Positions 1 through 7,673 of a DNA stretch of 22,008 nt are shown here, one piece after another (positions within the stretch are counted from its first letter, which is position 1; every line of letters starts with the position of its first letter). Source of the stretch: Candidatus Hydrothermarchaeota archaeon (GTDB lineage: Archaea; CAYFZR01); contig JBHIEG010000025.1 of NCBI GenBank assembly GCA_046760505.1, forward strand, positions 1 through 22,008, read 5' to 3'. Under the pieces are notes generated by a model. The model was not told where the DNA came from. It saw only the letters and a program-made list of their open reading frames with translations, and did not search any database. The position numbers and the translations under genes are program-made.

Positions 1-100
1 AAGGTAGATGAAGGATCATAAAACTCAATCTAATCCGTCTTTAAATCCTCGATTGTTGCCACAGGTGTTGAGCGAAATTCACTCCGCCCCGCCTCTTAAA

Positions 101-116
101 AGAAAATTTTTAAAAT
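101..116 (+). promoter_or_regulatory. BRE/TATA-like promoter of the cassette ORF
   Basis: AGAAAA-TTTTTAAA; the TATA-like box ends ~24 nt before ATG at 138, consistent with a leaderless archaeal transcript. Confidence 0.5.
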
Positions 117-137
117 GTATAACATTCAAATTTGATT

Positions 138-569
138 ATGAGCAAAATAAACAAGTCAATATATATTGAAGTATCAACAGAAAAAGTTTGGGAACTCCTG
201 ACGGATCTTGATAAATTTCATGAGTGGGCTCCAGTCAAGATGAGATTAACCTTTGAAAAACAAGGTTTAGGTGCAACTTATCATACTACTGGAAAATTTT
301 TTGGAATGAATTTTGAGATAGATCAAAATTGTGTAGAGTGGGAAGAGAACAGGAGATGGAGCTATACTATGTTTTTTGGGAAAAAAGAAGCTAAACTAAC
401 ATGGATTCTTGAACCATATCAATCTGGAACTAAATTAACTGAGATATTCGATTATGAGTTACCTTATTCTTTTTTTGGGAAACTTATCGATAAACTGATA
501 TTCAGAAGATATATTGGGAAAATGATGGAGAAAGAACTGGAAGCTTTGAAATCATTATTAGAAGAATAA
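138..569 (+). CDS. SRPBCC (START-like/polyketide cyclase) family protein
   Basis: SIYIEVSTEKVWELLTDLDKFHEWAP N-terminus, VEWEENRRWSY, and C-terminal helix ELEALKSLLEE are typical of SRPBCC. ATG at 138 preferred over TTG at 132. Confidence 0.85.
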   Translation: MSKINKSIYIEVSTEKVWELLTDLDKFHEWAPVKMRLTFEKQGLGATYHTTGKFFGMNFEIDQNCVEWEENRRWSYTMFFGKKEAKLTWILEPYQSGTKLTEIFDYELPYSFFGKLIDKLIFRRYIGKMMEKELEALKSLLEE

Positions 570-631
570 AATTTTTCGGCGGGGCTCCGTGAACTCTCGT
601 TCGCTATCGGTCACTCGGTGCTATCACATTC

Positions 632-712
632 ACTTAACACGGTGTGTGCAGTTCGTCATGCTCACTCAAGTTGCTCCGCTCCGCAACTTCACATGCACCG
701 ACACCGTTATGC
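632..712 (+). other. attC-like integron recombination site
   Basis: R'' ACTTAAC (632-638, RYYYAAC), 5-nt spacer, L'' GTGTGCAG, variable region with perfect hairpin AAGTTGC(668-674)/GCAACTT(683-689), L' ATGCACC, 6-nt spacer, R' GTTATGC (706-712). L''/L' pair 6/7 after removing one extra base. Length 81 bp is within the usual attC range. Confidence 0.68.
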
Positions 713-754
713 TAAACGACCTTACATTTCGACTTTAATCTTCCTACCTTTTTT

Positions 755-1450
755 CTATTCACCGTATAGTGTTTGGATACCTAGAATGTCACCAGTTCCT
801 AATGTTCGCTTATGAGTTTCTCCCAAGTCACTGTACGCGTACATTGTGAGTGCCCAGTCCTTTGGAGGTCTCAGGTCGCCCAATCCGTTATGACCAAATT
901 CATGGGTTGCTATGTTTTGCAAATCCATCTTTGTTGTATCTGGATTCTCCGGGTCTAAAATCCCCCAATTATAGTTTATATTAAACACTGTATCAAATTC
1001 TACTATTTCCTTTGTTGCTGGATCGTACCAAAGATGAGTAACAGCGATAACTCCAGGATCTAATGCTTCCCACACTACCCTATTTTTGCCATCATAACCA
1101 ACTGAAGTGTTTGCAGTTATACTAGGTGGAGCAAAAAGCTCAAATCCAGTTTCTACATCCCAGGTTTCTGAACTTGCCTCTAAAGCACTTTTTACAACTC
1201 CTGGCGCCAAACCACTTCCAGCAGGATTTACTTCATAGCTGATTGTATGAGACCACTTCACTCCTCCAGATATTAACTTAAAGTCATCCTCTGTATCATC
1301 CCAAGTCGGTTTTGTAACACTAGATTTTATGTAGTGGACAAAAGTCACTTTCCTGATGTCCGGCGGTACGTTATCTGGTTGCTTGGCAACGACAATGATT
1401 GAGGAAAGGAGTATCAATGATACGATTCCGATCAATATTCTCATTTTCAC
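755..1450 (-). CDS. Secreted matrixin-like (metzincin, M10-like) zinc metalloprotease
   Basis: N-terminal hydrophobic signal; DLQNIATHEFGHNGLGD zinc motif; Met-turn LTMY; C-terminal GDILGIQTLYG. Confidence 0.85.
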   Translation of the reverse strand: MKMRILIGIVSLILLSSIIVVAKQPDNVPPDIRKVTFVHYIKSSVTKPTWDDTEDDFKLISGGVKWSHTISYEVNPAGSGLAPGVVKSALEASSETWDVETGFELFAPPSITANTSVGYDGKNRVVWEALDPGVIAVTHLWYDPATKEIVEFDTVFNINYNWGILDPENPDTTKMDLQNIATHEFGHNGLGDLRPPKDWALTMYAYSDLGETHKRTLGTGDILGIQTLYGE

Positions 1451-1510
1451 TCGATCTCCCTCCCCATTCCTATTTTTTAGCTCTCCTGCATTCAGTTTAG
1501 GAACATTCCA

Positions 1511-1527
1511 TTATTTAAAACTTCTCT
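1511..1527 (-). promoter_or_regulatory. BRE/TATA-like promoter of the metalloprotease gene
   Basis: Minus strand reads AGAGAAGTTTTAAATAA ~60 nt upstream of the GTG start; GGGGAGG SD-like sequence precedes the start. Confidence 0.45.
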
Positions 1528-1530
1528 TAT

Positions 1531-1552
1531 TGCAAACAAACTGCAAACAAAC
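1531..1552. repeat. Perfect tandem repeat TGCAAACAAAC x2
   Basis: Seen directly at 1531-1541 and 1542-1552. Confidence 0.9.
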
Positions 1553-1760
1553 CTGAATTTCCACTGAAATCCGGTTATGATCTTTACTCTCATACAACTT
1601 AATAACCTAGGAGATGAGGAAATGTTAGGAAAACTCGGTAGAAGGTATATATCCTCCATCAAAATTGACTCGTAATTCTCCCTTACTTCTCTAATAATAG
1701 GAAAATAAAAATAGAATCAATAAAAAAAATGTGGGATATTTTTTCCTGCGCTAGTTTTTA

Positions 1761-2315
1761 TTACGCTAGTGGTATCACAGTCCTCTGGAATTCTGTATTT
1801 ACAAGTATCGCGCCTGCTATGTAAATCGCTAACAATCCTAGTATGGTTATCTCCCATCCAGTTACCACTGCTGAGAATCCTATGGCGAAATGCAAGTCAA
1901 GCAATATGAATGCCAGGATTAACAGCCAGAACAACAGTGTTAAGAACTTGCCATGTTTGATAACCGCTATACAGAAAGGAATCGTAAAGAACGTCCACAT
2001 CAGGAAGAATCCGAATAGACCCATTGGCTTGGTAGCAACTTCACCCCCCGGAAGGGTAAACAGCAATATGAAGAGTGACCACCAAAATGCCCCGTATGAA
2101 CAGAATGCGGTTCCAGGGAATAGTGCACCTCTCCTGAATTCAATTAGTCCTGCAACGAACTGAGCGGTCCCTCCAAAAGCGAGGGCCATAGCAAGTGTAG
2201 GTCCTATTCCCCAGTAGCCAACGTTATGCAAGCCTGTAGCGGTAGTAGTACAACCGAAACCCATCAGCCCTAGTACTGCTGCAGTTGCCCCAAATGGTTG
2301 CGGTGCTTCTGCCAT
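1761..2315 (-). CDS. Acetate uptake transporter (SatP/GPR1/FUN34/YaaH, AceTr family)
   Basis: About six hydrophobic segments; LGLMGFG, GGTAQFVAGLIEF, TAFCSYGAFW motifs; GGAGGTG SD sequence. Confidence 0.88.
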   Translation of the reverse strand: MAEAPQPFGATAAVLGLMGFGCTTTATGLHNVGYWGIGPTLAMALAFGGTAQFVAGLIEFRRGALFPGTAFCSYGAFWWSLFILLFTLPGGEVATKPMGLFGFFLMWTFFTIPFCIAVIKHGKFLTLLFWLLILAFILLDLHFAIGFSAVVTGWEITILGLLAIYIAGAILVNTEFQRTVIPLA

Positions 2316-2374
2316 CTTTTCACCTCCCTCAAGTTATTCTAAAAATTGACATTATTGAATGTTACTTTTTTAGA

Positions 2375-2390
2375 TATTTAAAGATTTCGG
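2375..2390 (-). promoter_or_regulatory. BRE/TATA promoter of the acetate transporter gene
   Basis: Minus strand CCGAAATC-TTTAAATA about 60 nt upstream of the ATG. Confidence 0.55.
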
Positions 2391-2495
2391 AATTCTTTTA
2401 TTCATCACAAATGGACAAATAAGGAAATAATAATTTAAAAGAAGGTTATTGAAGAAAAATAAGGAAGTAAACATGTAGATAATCAAAAACCAAGA

Positions 2496-2572
2496 TGGTG
2501 GACCCGCCGGGATTTGAACCCGGGGCCTCTGCCATGCCAAGGCAACGCTCTTCCAAACTGAGCTACGGGCCC
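2496..2572 (-). tRNA. tRNA-Ala (GGC), intronless, CCA encoded
   Basis: Reverse complement GGGCCCGTAGCTCAGTTTGGAAGAGCGTTGCCTTGGCATGGCAGAGGCCCCGGGTTCAAATCCCGGCGGGTCCACCA folds as a cloverleaf, with anticodon GGC and the G3:U70 alanine identity pair. Confidence 0.97.
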
Positions 2573-2618
2573 CCTAACCTAAGATTATATATCTTAGATA
2601 AGTGTTTTTCGCATGTTA

Positions 2619-2807
2619 TTATCTAAGTCTCTGTCCTGTCAGCTTTTTATTTTGCCAAGAGTATCTTCTTAACTTTTTGCTTCTTCCAAATCCACATGCA
2701 GCGCAATATCTTTTTTTAATATTGTAGGAAGAATTTCCACATCTCCTGCAAACAGAGTGTGTTCTTTTTTTACCTCTCTTTCCAAAAGAAGAAGTTCCCT
2801 TTGTCAT
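2619..2807 (-). CDS. rpl37e: 50S ribosomal protein L37e
   Basis: [16 protein letters not shown]...CAACGFG zinc finger, RRYSW. Confidence 0.97.
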   Translation of the reverse strand: MTKGTSSFGKRGKKRTHSVCRRCGNSSYNIKKRYCAACGFGRSKKLRRYSWQNKKLTGQRLR

Positions 2808-2816
2808 TTAGATCTC

Positions 2817-3038
2817 CTAAGGCGATATAAATACTACGTTATCCCCTCTCACAATTATTTTGCCGTATCTCTTGGAGGCATTTCCTCCTTCAATTTCGTC
2901 TGCGTTCTCCAAAACGAGATTCATGTGCATATCATACCCTTTGAGTCTTCCTCTCAATTCTCTTCCGCCTTTGAGCCTCACAATGATTGGAGTCTCTAGA
3001 GCTTTATTCAGTACATCCAATGGTCTCTGCGAACTCAT
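2817..3038 (-). CDS. Sm-like (LSm/SmAP1) RNA-binding protein
   Basis: [16 protein letters not shown] (Sm1), [12 protein letters not shown] (Sm2); known adjacency to rpl37e. Confidence 0.96.
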   Translation of the reverse strand: MSSQRPLDVLNKALETPIIVRLKGGRELRGRLKGYDMHMNLVLENADEIEGGNASKRYGKIIVRGDNVVFISP

Positions 3039-3122
3039 TTACATACCCCTTTCTCTGATGATTAGGGCTTTTGGAAAGATCAATATTTAAATTTAACGAT
3101 GATAGATTCAAATGGTGACTTT

Positions 3123-3611
3123 ATGGATATAAAAAAAAGGCATGCAATCCAGAAAAAAGATGTTAAAAAATTAATCTATAAGGTCGAGAATTCATGGAAA
3201 ATGCCTGTTACAGACTTATTCAAAAATGCCAAGATGATTGAGATTGCAAAAACTGAAAATTACGACGTGGTAATCGTAGATGGCTTTCCTGTCATGTTTA
3301 CGGATCAAGAATGCATTTTCCCAACAATTAAGCTTTTGCAATCCTTTGATCTTCCATTTAAAAAGGTAACCGTAGATATGGGGGCTGTAAAACATATTGT
3401 TAGCGGAGCAAACACAATGATACCGGGTATAGTCGAGTTAGACGAAATAGAAAGAGGAGAAATTGTCGTCATTGTAGAAGAAAAAAATAAAAAACCTCTA
3501 GCCGTAGGTAGAGCCCTGATGAACAAGGAAGAAATTAAGAGAAAGAAAAAAGGCCGTGCGATCGAGACGGTACATCATATAGGGGATAAAATTTGGAGAC
3601 TCAAACTTTAG
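3123..3611 (+). CDS. PUA-domain RNA-binding protein (DUF1947 + PUA; MCT-1/Tma20-like)
   Basis: VTVDMGAVKHIVSGANTMIPGIV, KPLAVG, HHIGDKIW. Start is probably ATG 3123 (ORF track gives 3099). Confidence 0.9.
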   Translation: MDIKKRHAIQKKDVKKLIYKVENSWKMPVTDLFKNAKMIEIAKTENYDVVIVDGFPVMFTDQECIFPTIKLLQSFDLPFKKVTVDMGAVKHIVSGANTMIPGIVELDEIERGEIVVIVEEKNKKPLAVGRALMNKEEIKRKKKGRAIETVHHIGDKIWRLKL

Positions 3612-3625
3612 TGAGCAGTCTCAGA

Positions 3626-3820
3626 TTAACGGGTTGCGCCTCTAAGGCGTTCTAATCTGTTTCTTAATTGCTCCAGTTCTTCCCTAGTTATTGCAACGCC
3701 GCCTCTTACCCTGTCCACTTCTGCAGTAAGTTGTTTAACCCTAACCCAGAGAAGGCCATTCAACGTAAGGCTAAGTGCGAGCAAGGTTCCAATTACGATA
3801 GCAAGGAAATCCATAATCAT
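3626..3820 (-). CDS. Small membrane-anchored coiled-coil protein coupled to minD
   Basis: N-terminal TM helix followed by TREELEQLRNRLERL. TAATG overlap with the minD stop; GGAGGT SD spacing favours the second ATG at 3814. Confidence 0.75.
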   Translation of the reverse strand: MIMDFLAIVIGTLLALSLTLNGLLWVRVKQLTAEVDRVRGGVAITREELEQLRNRLERLRGATR

Positions 3821-4599
3821 TACCTCCGACCAAATATACCTCTAACAACCCTGTCCACTAGACCTTCCTGCGGCAAAGAAGGTGGCGTGAATTTCTCTCC
3901 TATCAGATCTGCGCCCAACTTCCTTATTGCTATGGAGGCTGGTGAGTTTGGTGCCCGCAATACGATTGGTTGACCATATGCAGCAGATCTCCTTATTTCT
4001 GGATCTTCTGGTACCACTGAAACCACATTGATTTCTAGGATACTCTCCACTTCTTGTCTAGTCAAATCAGTTTTCTCATATCCAACTCGGTTTAAAACGG
4101 CGCCAAGGACATGTCCACCCAATCTTGTGGTTACCATTTTTGTTTTTAAGGCATCCGACATCGATGAGATCTCTGGATTTACGACAAGCAGTGATTCCTG
4201 ACCTACCGCAAGCGCGGTTATGGTATCTCTCCCTAAGCCGGCGGGTGCATCTATCAGTAAGATATCAGTTTCTTTTATCAATTCTATGAGTATTGTCTCC
4301 AACCTCTCGGGATCGGCTTTTCTAAAACCATCCAAAGAGATACCAGCCGGTACAACCTTAACTCCACCAGGACCATCGTATATTGCTTCATGAACATCTG
4401 CTTCCCCGGCGAGAACATCATGTAAGGTTATTGCGCGACCTTCCATTCCGAGTATCAATTCTAGGTTAGCCATGGCAATGTCTGCATCCAGAATAATGAC
4501 ATCTCTATCATATTGGGCCAAGGTGACACCTAGGTTGGCAGATATCGTAGTCTTTCCGGTGCCGCCCTTGCCAGATGCTATAGTTATGGATCTTGCCAT
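3820..4599 (-). CDS. minD: Archaeal MinD/ParA-family ATPase
   Basis: Deviant Walker [27 protein letters not shown]; C-terminal amphipathic helix [12 protein letters not shown]. Start 4599 or 4605. Confidence 0.93.
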   Translation of the reverse strand: MARSITIASGKGGTGKTTISANLGVTLAQYDRDVIILDADIAMANLELILGMEGRAITLHDVLAGEADVHEAIYDGPGGVKVVPAGISLDGFRKADPERLETILIELIKETDILLIDAPAGLGRDTITALAVGQESLLVVNPEISSMSDALKTKMVTTRLGGHVLGAVLNRVGYEKTDLTRQEVESILEINVVSVVPEDPEIRRSAAYGQPIVLRAPNSPASIAIRKLGADLIGEKFTPPSLPQEGLVDRVVRGIFGRR

Positions 4600-4696
4600 G
4601 ATCATGCCTCCAAGTGATTCCGAAAGACTACTCGTTCATTACAGTTGTTTTTATTCCATTAGATTTATTCTACTAGAGTTATTTATTAGAGGCTTT

Positions 4697-5266
4697 TTAT
4701 ATTTTTCTCCTTGAAGACCAAATTTCTTTAAGGAGAATAAACAGTTCATTTGCCTCTTTAATATCTAGTTCCACTTTCTCCCAGAGATCGTCTAACACTT
4801 CGCTTGAATATCCTCTCTTACGGAATTCTAAAGCCTGGAACAGCAACTCAAGTTGATCAGCACATTTAACTATTTTGCTTTCTATAGTCTCATTTTTATG
4901 GAACTCATACCAGAGATTTTTGTAGTCAAAAATATTTAATATCTGGCTTGCAGCCTTTAATTCAGCCATTTTTTTATTTTCTTCTCCTATTAACTTCGTT
5001 GAAACATCATCCAAATCTAAAAGGAGGGATTCTGTGATATCGTGTAAAATTGAAATTTTGAGAGTCCTCTCTACGTCTATTTCCTTCCCTGCTTTTCTTA
5101 TTAAATCGCATAAAACCATTGATATAAAAGCAGTACAAAAAGAATGCTCAGCCACTGACTCTCCGGAAACACCTCTCTTTAGCCATCCAGATCTAGGAAT
5201 ATTCTTAAGTTTCACTGAAAATTCGATCAAATCGATTACATTTTTCACCATGATGACACCAAACAA
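4697..5266 (-). CDS. HD-domain hydrolase (YfbR/HDDC2-like 5'-deoxynucleotidase)
   Basis: LKNIPRSGW, ESVAEHSF, ILHDITES, VKCADQLE. True start may be ATG at 5251. Confidence 0.88.
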   Translation of the reverse strand: MFGVIMVKNVIDLIEFSVKLKNIPRSGWLKRGVSGESVAEHSFCTAFISMVLCDLIRKAGKEIDVERTLKISILHDITESLLLDLDDVSTKLIGEENKKMAELKAASQILNIFDYKNLWYEFHKNETIESKIVKCADQLELLFQALEFRKRGYSSEVLDDLWEKVELDIKEANELFILLKEIWSSRRKI

Positions 5267-5350
5267 AAAAGTAGTTACCTCTTATTAATCGTTTTTGAGA
5301 GAGACAAAAAATTTATTACGTAGCCATATGATATCCTAGTGGGAGATACA

Positions 5351-5716
5351 ATGGGCTTGATCGATAAGATATTTAGGAAAGGTAGGATAACCTCAGAGGA
5401 AGAACTTGAAAACTACCTTGAATTGGATATTCATGGATTCGAAGAGTATGCCCCCGAACTCAAGAGAGAAACTTACGTAAAGGTTATGAATTTTAACGAT
5501 GAAACTATGGTCCCTGAGATTATAAAAGACGTTAGAGAAGGCAACATTCTGATACTAAATATTAAGTCTATGGCCAGTAAAAATTTAGAGATGCTGAAAA
5601 AATCTATTGATGAGATAAAAACGAATAGTCTAAATATGGGTGGAGATATCGGGCTTCTAAGCGAAGACCGGGTTATAGTCACTCCTAAAAACGTCAAAAT
5701 TCTAAGAAAGAGATAA
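5351..5716 (+). CDS. sepF: Cell division protein SepF
   Basis: N-terminal amphipathic MGLIDKIF; EGNILILNI, MGGDIG, RVIVTPKNVKI. Confidence 0.9.
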   Translation: MGLIDKIFRKGRITSEEELENYLELDIHGFEEYAPELKRETYVKVMNFNDETMVPEIIKDVREGNILILNIKSMASKNLEMLKKSIDEIKTNSLNMGGDIGLLSEDRVIVTPKNVKILRKR

Positions 5717-5726
5717 TTAAAACATT

Positions 5727-7637
5727 CTATTTGAAACGAAGTATTTCAAAGTTCTGGGGTGCAAAGGTTTCGATTCTAAAGTGTTTATGTAACCAACTTG
5801 CAAGCTTTATACACTTGTTGTTCTCTCCGTGACCTATCAATACTCTTTCTGGTTTTGGACTTATTGCCTTTACGAAATTTATGAGTTGGTTTCTATCTGA
5901 ATGACCGCTAAATCCATCTATTGTGTGAACATCAATGTTTGCCTCAATAACTCTTATTTTGTGATCTTCATCCAAAGTGGAGATTTCTTTCCATCCTTTT
6001 TGCACTCTTCTACCCAGAGAACCCTCTGCTTGGTAACCCACGAATATTATTGAATTTTTTGGATCTTCGCACCACTTGAGGAAGTATTCCACAGATGGCC
6101 CACCGGTTAGCATTCCAGAGGTTGCAAGAACAACGCAAGGTTCGCCCTCTATTATGCTATCTCTTTCATTTTGATTGCTCACCTTCTCAAAAACATCGGA
6201 AAGGAAAGGATTTTCTCCCTGGTGGAATATTTTTTCTCTTAATTCGTTTGAGAGAAATTCAGGATAGGTAGTATGTATCGCAGTAGCATCCCAAATCATG
6301 CCGTCAAGGTAGATTGGAATTTCCTCTAATATATCGAGCCGAATGTACTCTCCCAAAACGATCATGATCTCCTGAGCTCTACCAACCGCAAAGACTGGTA
6401 TCAGAACCTTTCCTCCCCGTTTAACTGTGTCGGAAATTGTTTTTATCAACTCTTTTTCTGCTTCTTGTCTCGGGGGCATAATATCCTCAGAACCGCCATA
6501 TGTACCTTCCATAATCAAGGTCTCTACCCTAGGAAAGCGATGGTGCGCTGGTTGAAACAATCTGGTCTTCTCAAATTTAAAGTCTCCAGTGAAAACAACG
6601 TTGTGGAAACCGTCTCCAATGTGGAGGTGAACGATGGAAGAACCGAGAATATGACCGGCATTGTGTAATGTAAGTCTCATATCGGGAGCAATGTCCGTCA
6701 CGACTCCGTAATCAAGAGTTATTGAGTGCTTGATAACCTCCTTTATCTCTTTCTTCCCGTAAGGAACGTGTTTATTTTCCTTTTGTGCAACATCAATGTA
6801 ATCCATCTGGAGAAGCACCATTAAATCCCTAGTCGGGGATGTGCAATAAACAGGCCCGTCATAACCAAACTTGAAGAGATAGGGCACGAAGCCGCAATGA
6901 TCTAAATGAGCATGGCTCACTATTACCGCATCTAATTCATCCAATATTCTTGCTTCTGGCAAATCCAGTCTTGGATAGGCCAGATTGTTGTCTTCGACAG
7001 CAACGTTTACTCCGCAATCAATCATTGCCTTGGTGTTTGGCGTATGAAGCAGTATAGACGTACGCCCAACTTCCCTGAAGCCGCCAAGAAAAGAAGACCT
7101 TATCCACTCATTTTCTGCAACATCTGTCCTGTGAATCTTTTTTCCAACCCTATGAAGTATTTCTCTGCGCTCTTCGCTTTCGTTTTGGAGGATTGTTCTG
7201 ATACCTTGAATTATGGTAGAAGGTATGGGAGGGGTCCTCACAACCCTAGGTCTCCAGCCTATTTCCCTTGTTATATTGCGCAGGGTTTTTCCATGCTTTC
7301 CTATAACCAGTCCCGGTTTTTTCGCCTCAATTATAACATCTCCGGTATTTGGGTCAAATGTGACGTTTGTCATCTCTGCCTCTTCAGGGACGACCTGTTT
7401 TATCTTTGTCTTAGCCTCTTCGGGATCTGCAAGCACAGACGGATCGGGTCTGATTACTATCCTTTTTCTGATATCTTTCGCTAGTTGTCTTATAATTTCT
7501 CCGTTATCCATCAATAAGAATGGGCTTTTGGAGTAGACAACGATTTCTGGTCCTTCAAATTGTACATCGGTTACCGTACTTCCCTCAGGTGTATCGCTCA
7601 GTGTTAACTTCACATCTGCTAGAAGATCGTTTCCCAT
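5727..7637 (-). CDS. fttA: Beta-CASP ribonuclease aCPSF1 (FttA, transcription termination factor)
   Basis: N-terminal KH domains ([10 protein letters not shown]), [29 protein letters not shown]; 636 aa; directly downstream of proteasome beta. Confidence 0.96.
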   Translation of the reverse strand: MGNDLLADVKLTLSDTPEGSTVTDVQFEGPEIVVYSKSPFLLMDNGEIIRQLAKDIRKRIVIRPDPSVLADPEEAKTKIKQVVPEEAEMTNVTFDPNTGDVIIEAKKPGLVIGKHGKTLRNITREIGWRPRVVRTPPIPSTIIQGIRTILQNESEERREILHRVGKKIHRTDVAENEWIRSSFLGGFREVGRTSILLHTPNTKAMIDCGVNVAVEDNNLAYPRLDLPEARILDELDAVIVSHAHLDHCGFVPYLFKFGYDGPVYCTSPTRDLMVLLQMDYIDVAQKENKHVPYGKKEIKEVIKHSITLDYGVVTDIAPDMRLTLHNAGHILGSSIVHLHIGDGFHNVVFTGDFKFEKTRLFQPAHHRFPRVETLIMEGTYGGSEDIMPPRQEAEKELIKTISDTVKRGGKVLIPVFAVGRAQEIMIVLGEYIRLDILEEIPIYLDGMIWDATAIHTTYPEFLSNELREKIFHQGENPFLSDVFEKVSNQNERDSIIEGEPCVVLATSGMLTGGPSVEYFLKWCEDPKNSIIFVGYQAEGSLGRRVQKGWKEISTLDEDHKIRVIEANIDVHTIDGFSGHSDRNQLINFVKAISPKPERVLIGHGENNKCIKLASWLHKHFRIETFAPQNFEILRFK

Positions 7638-7673
7638 TACGCTACCTCATTTAATTAAGTCAAAGAGATTTGA

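Larger units (their letters stand above)
67..712 (+). mobile_element. Putative integron-type gene cassette (single ORF plus attC-like site); predicted G/TT crossover points at 67/68 and 706/707
   Basis: GTTGAGC (GTTRRRY) at 67-73 precedes one ORF, followed by an attC-like element ACTTAAC...GTTATGC. The front core GTTGAGCGAA (67-76) is complementary at 8/10 positions to TTCACTTAAC (629-638), as expected for a formerly circular cassette. No intI in the window. Confidence 0.62.

Noticed and set aside
618-815. 65-aa ORF over the attC-like site
   Set aside because: Atypical composition, overlaps the protease gene antisense, and is explained by GC-rich structured DNA lacking stops.
1570-1635. Second attC closing a cassette around the protease (AATAAC...GTTAGGA)
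   Set aside because: Too short, no L-box pairing and no proper RYYYAAC.
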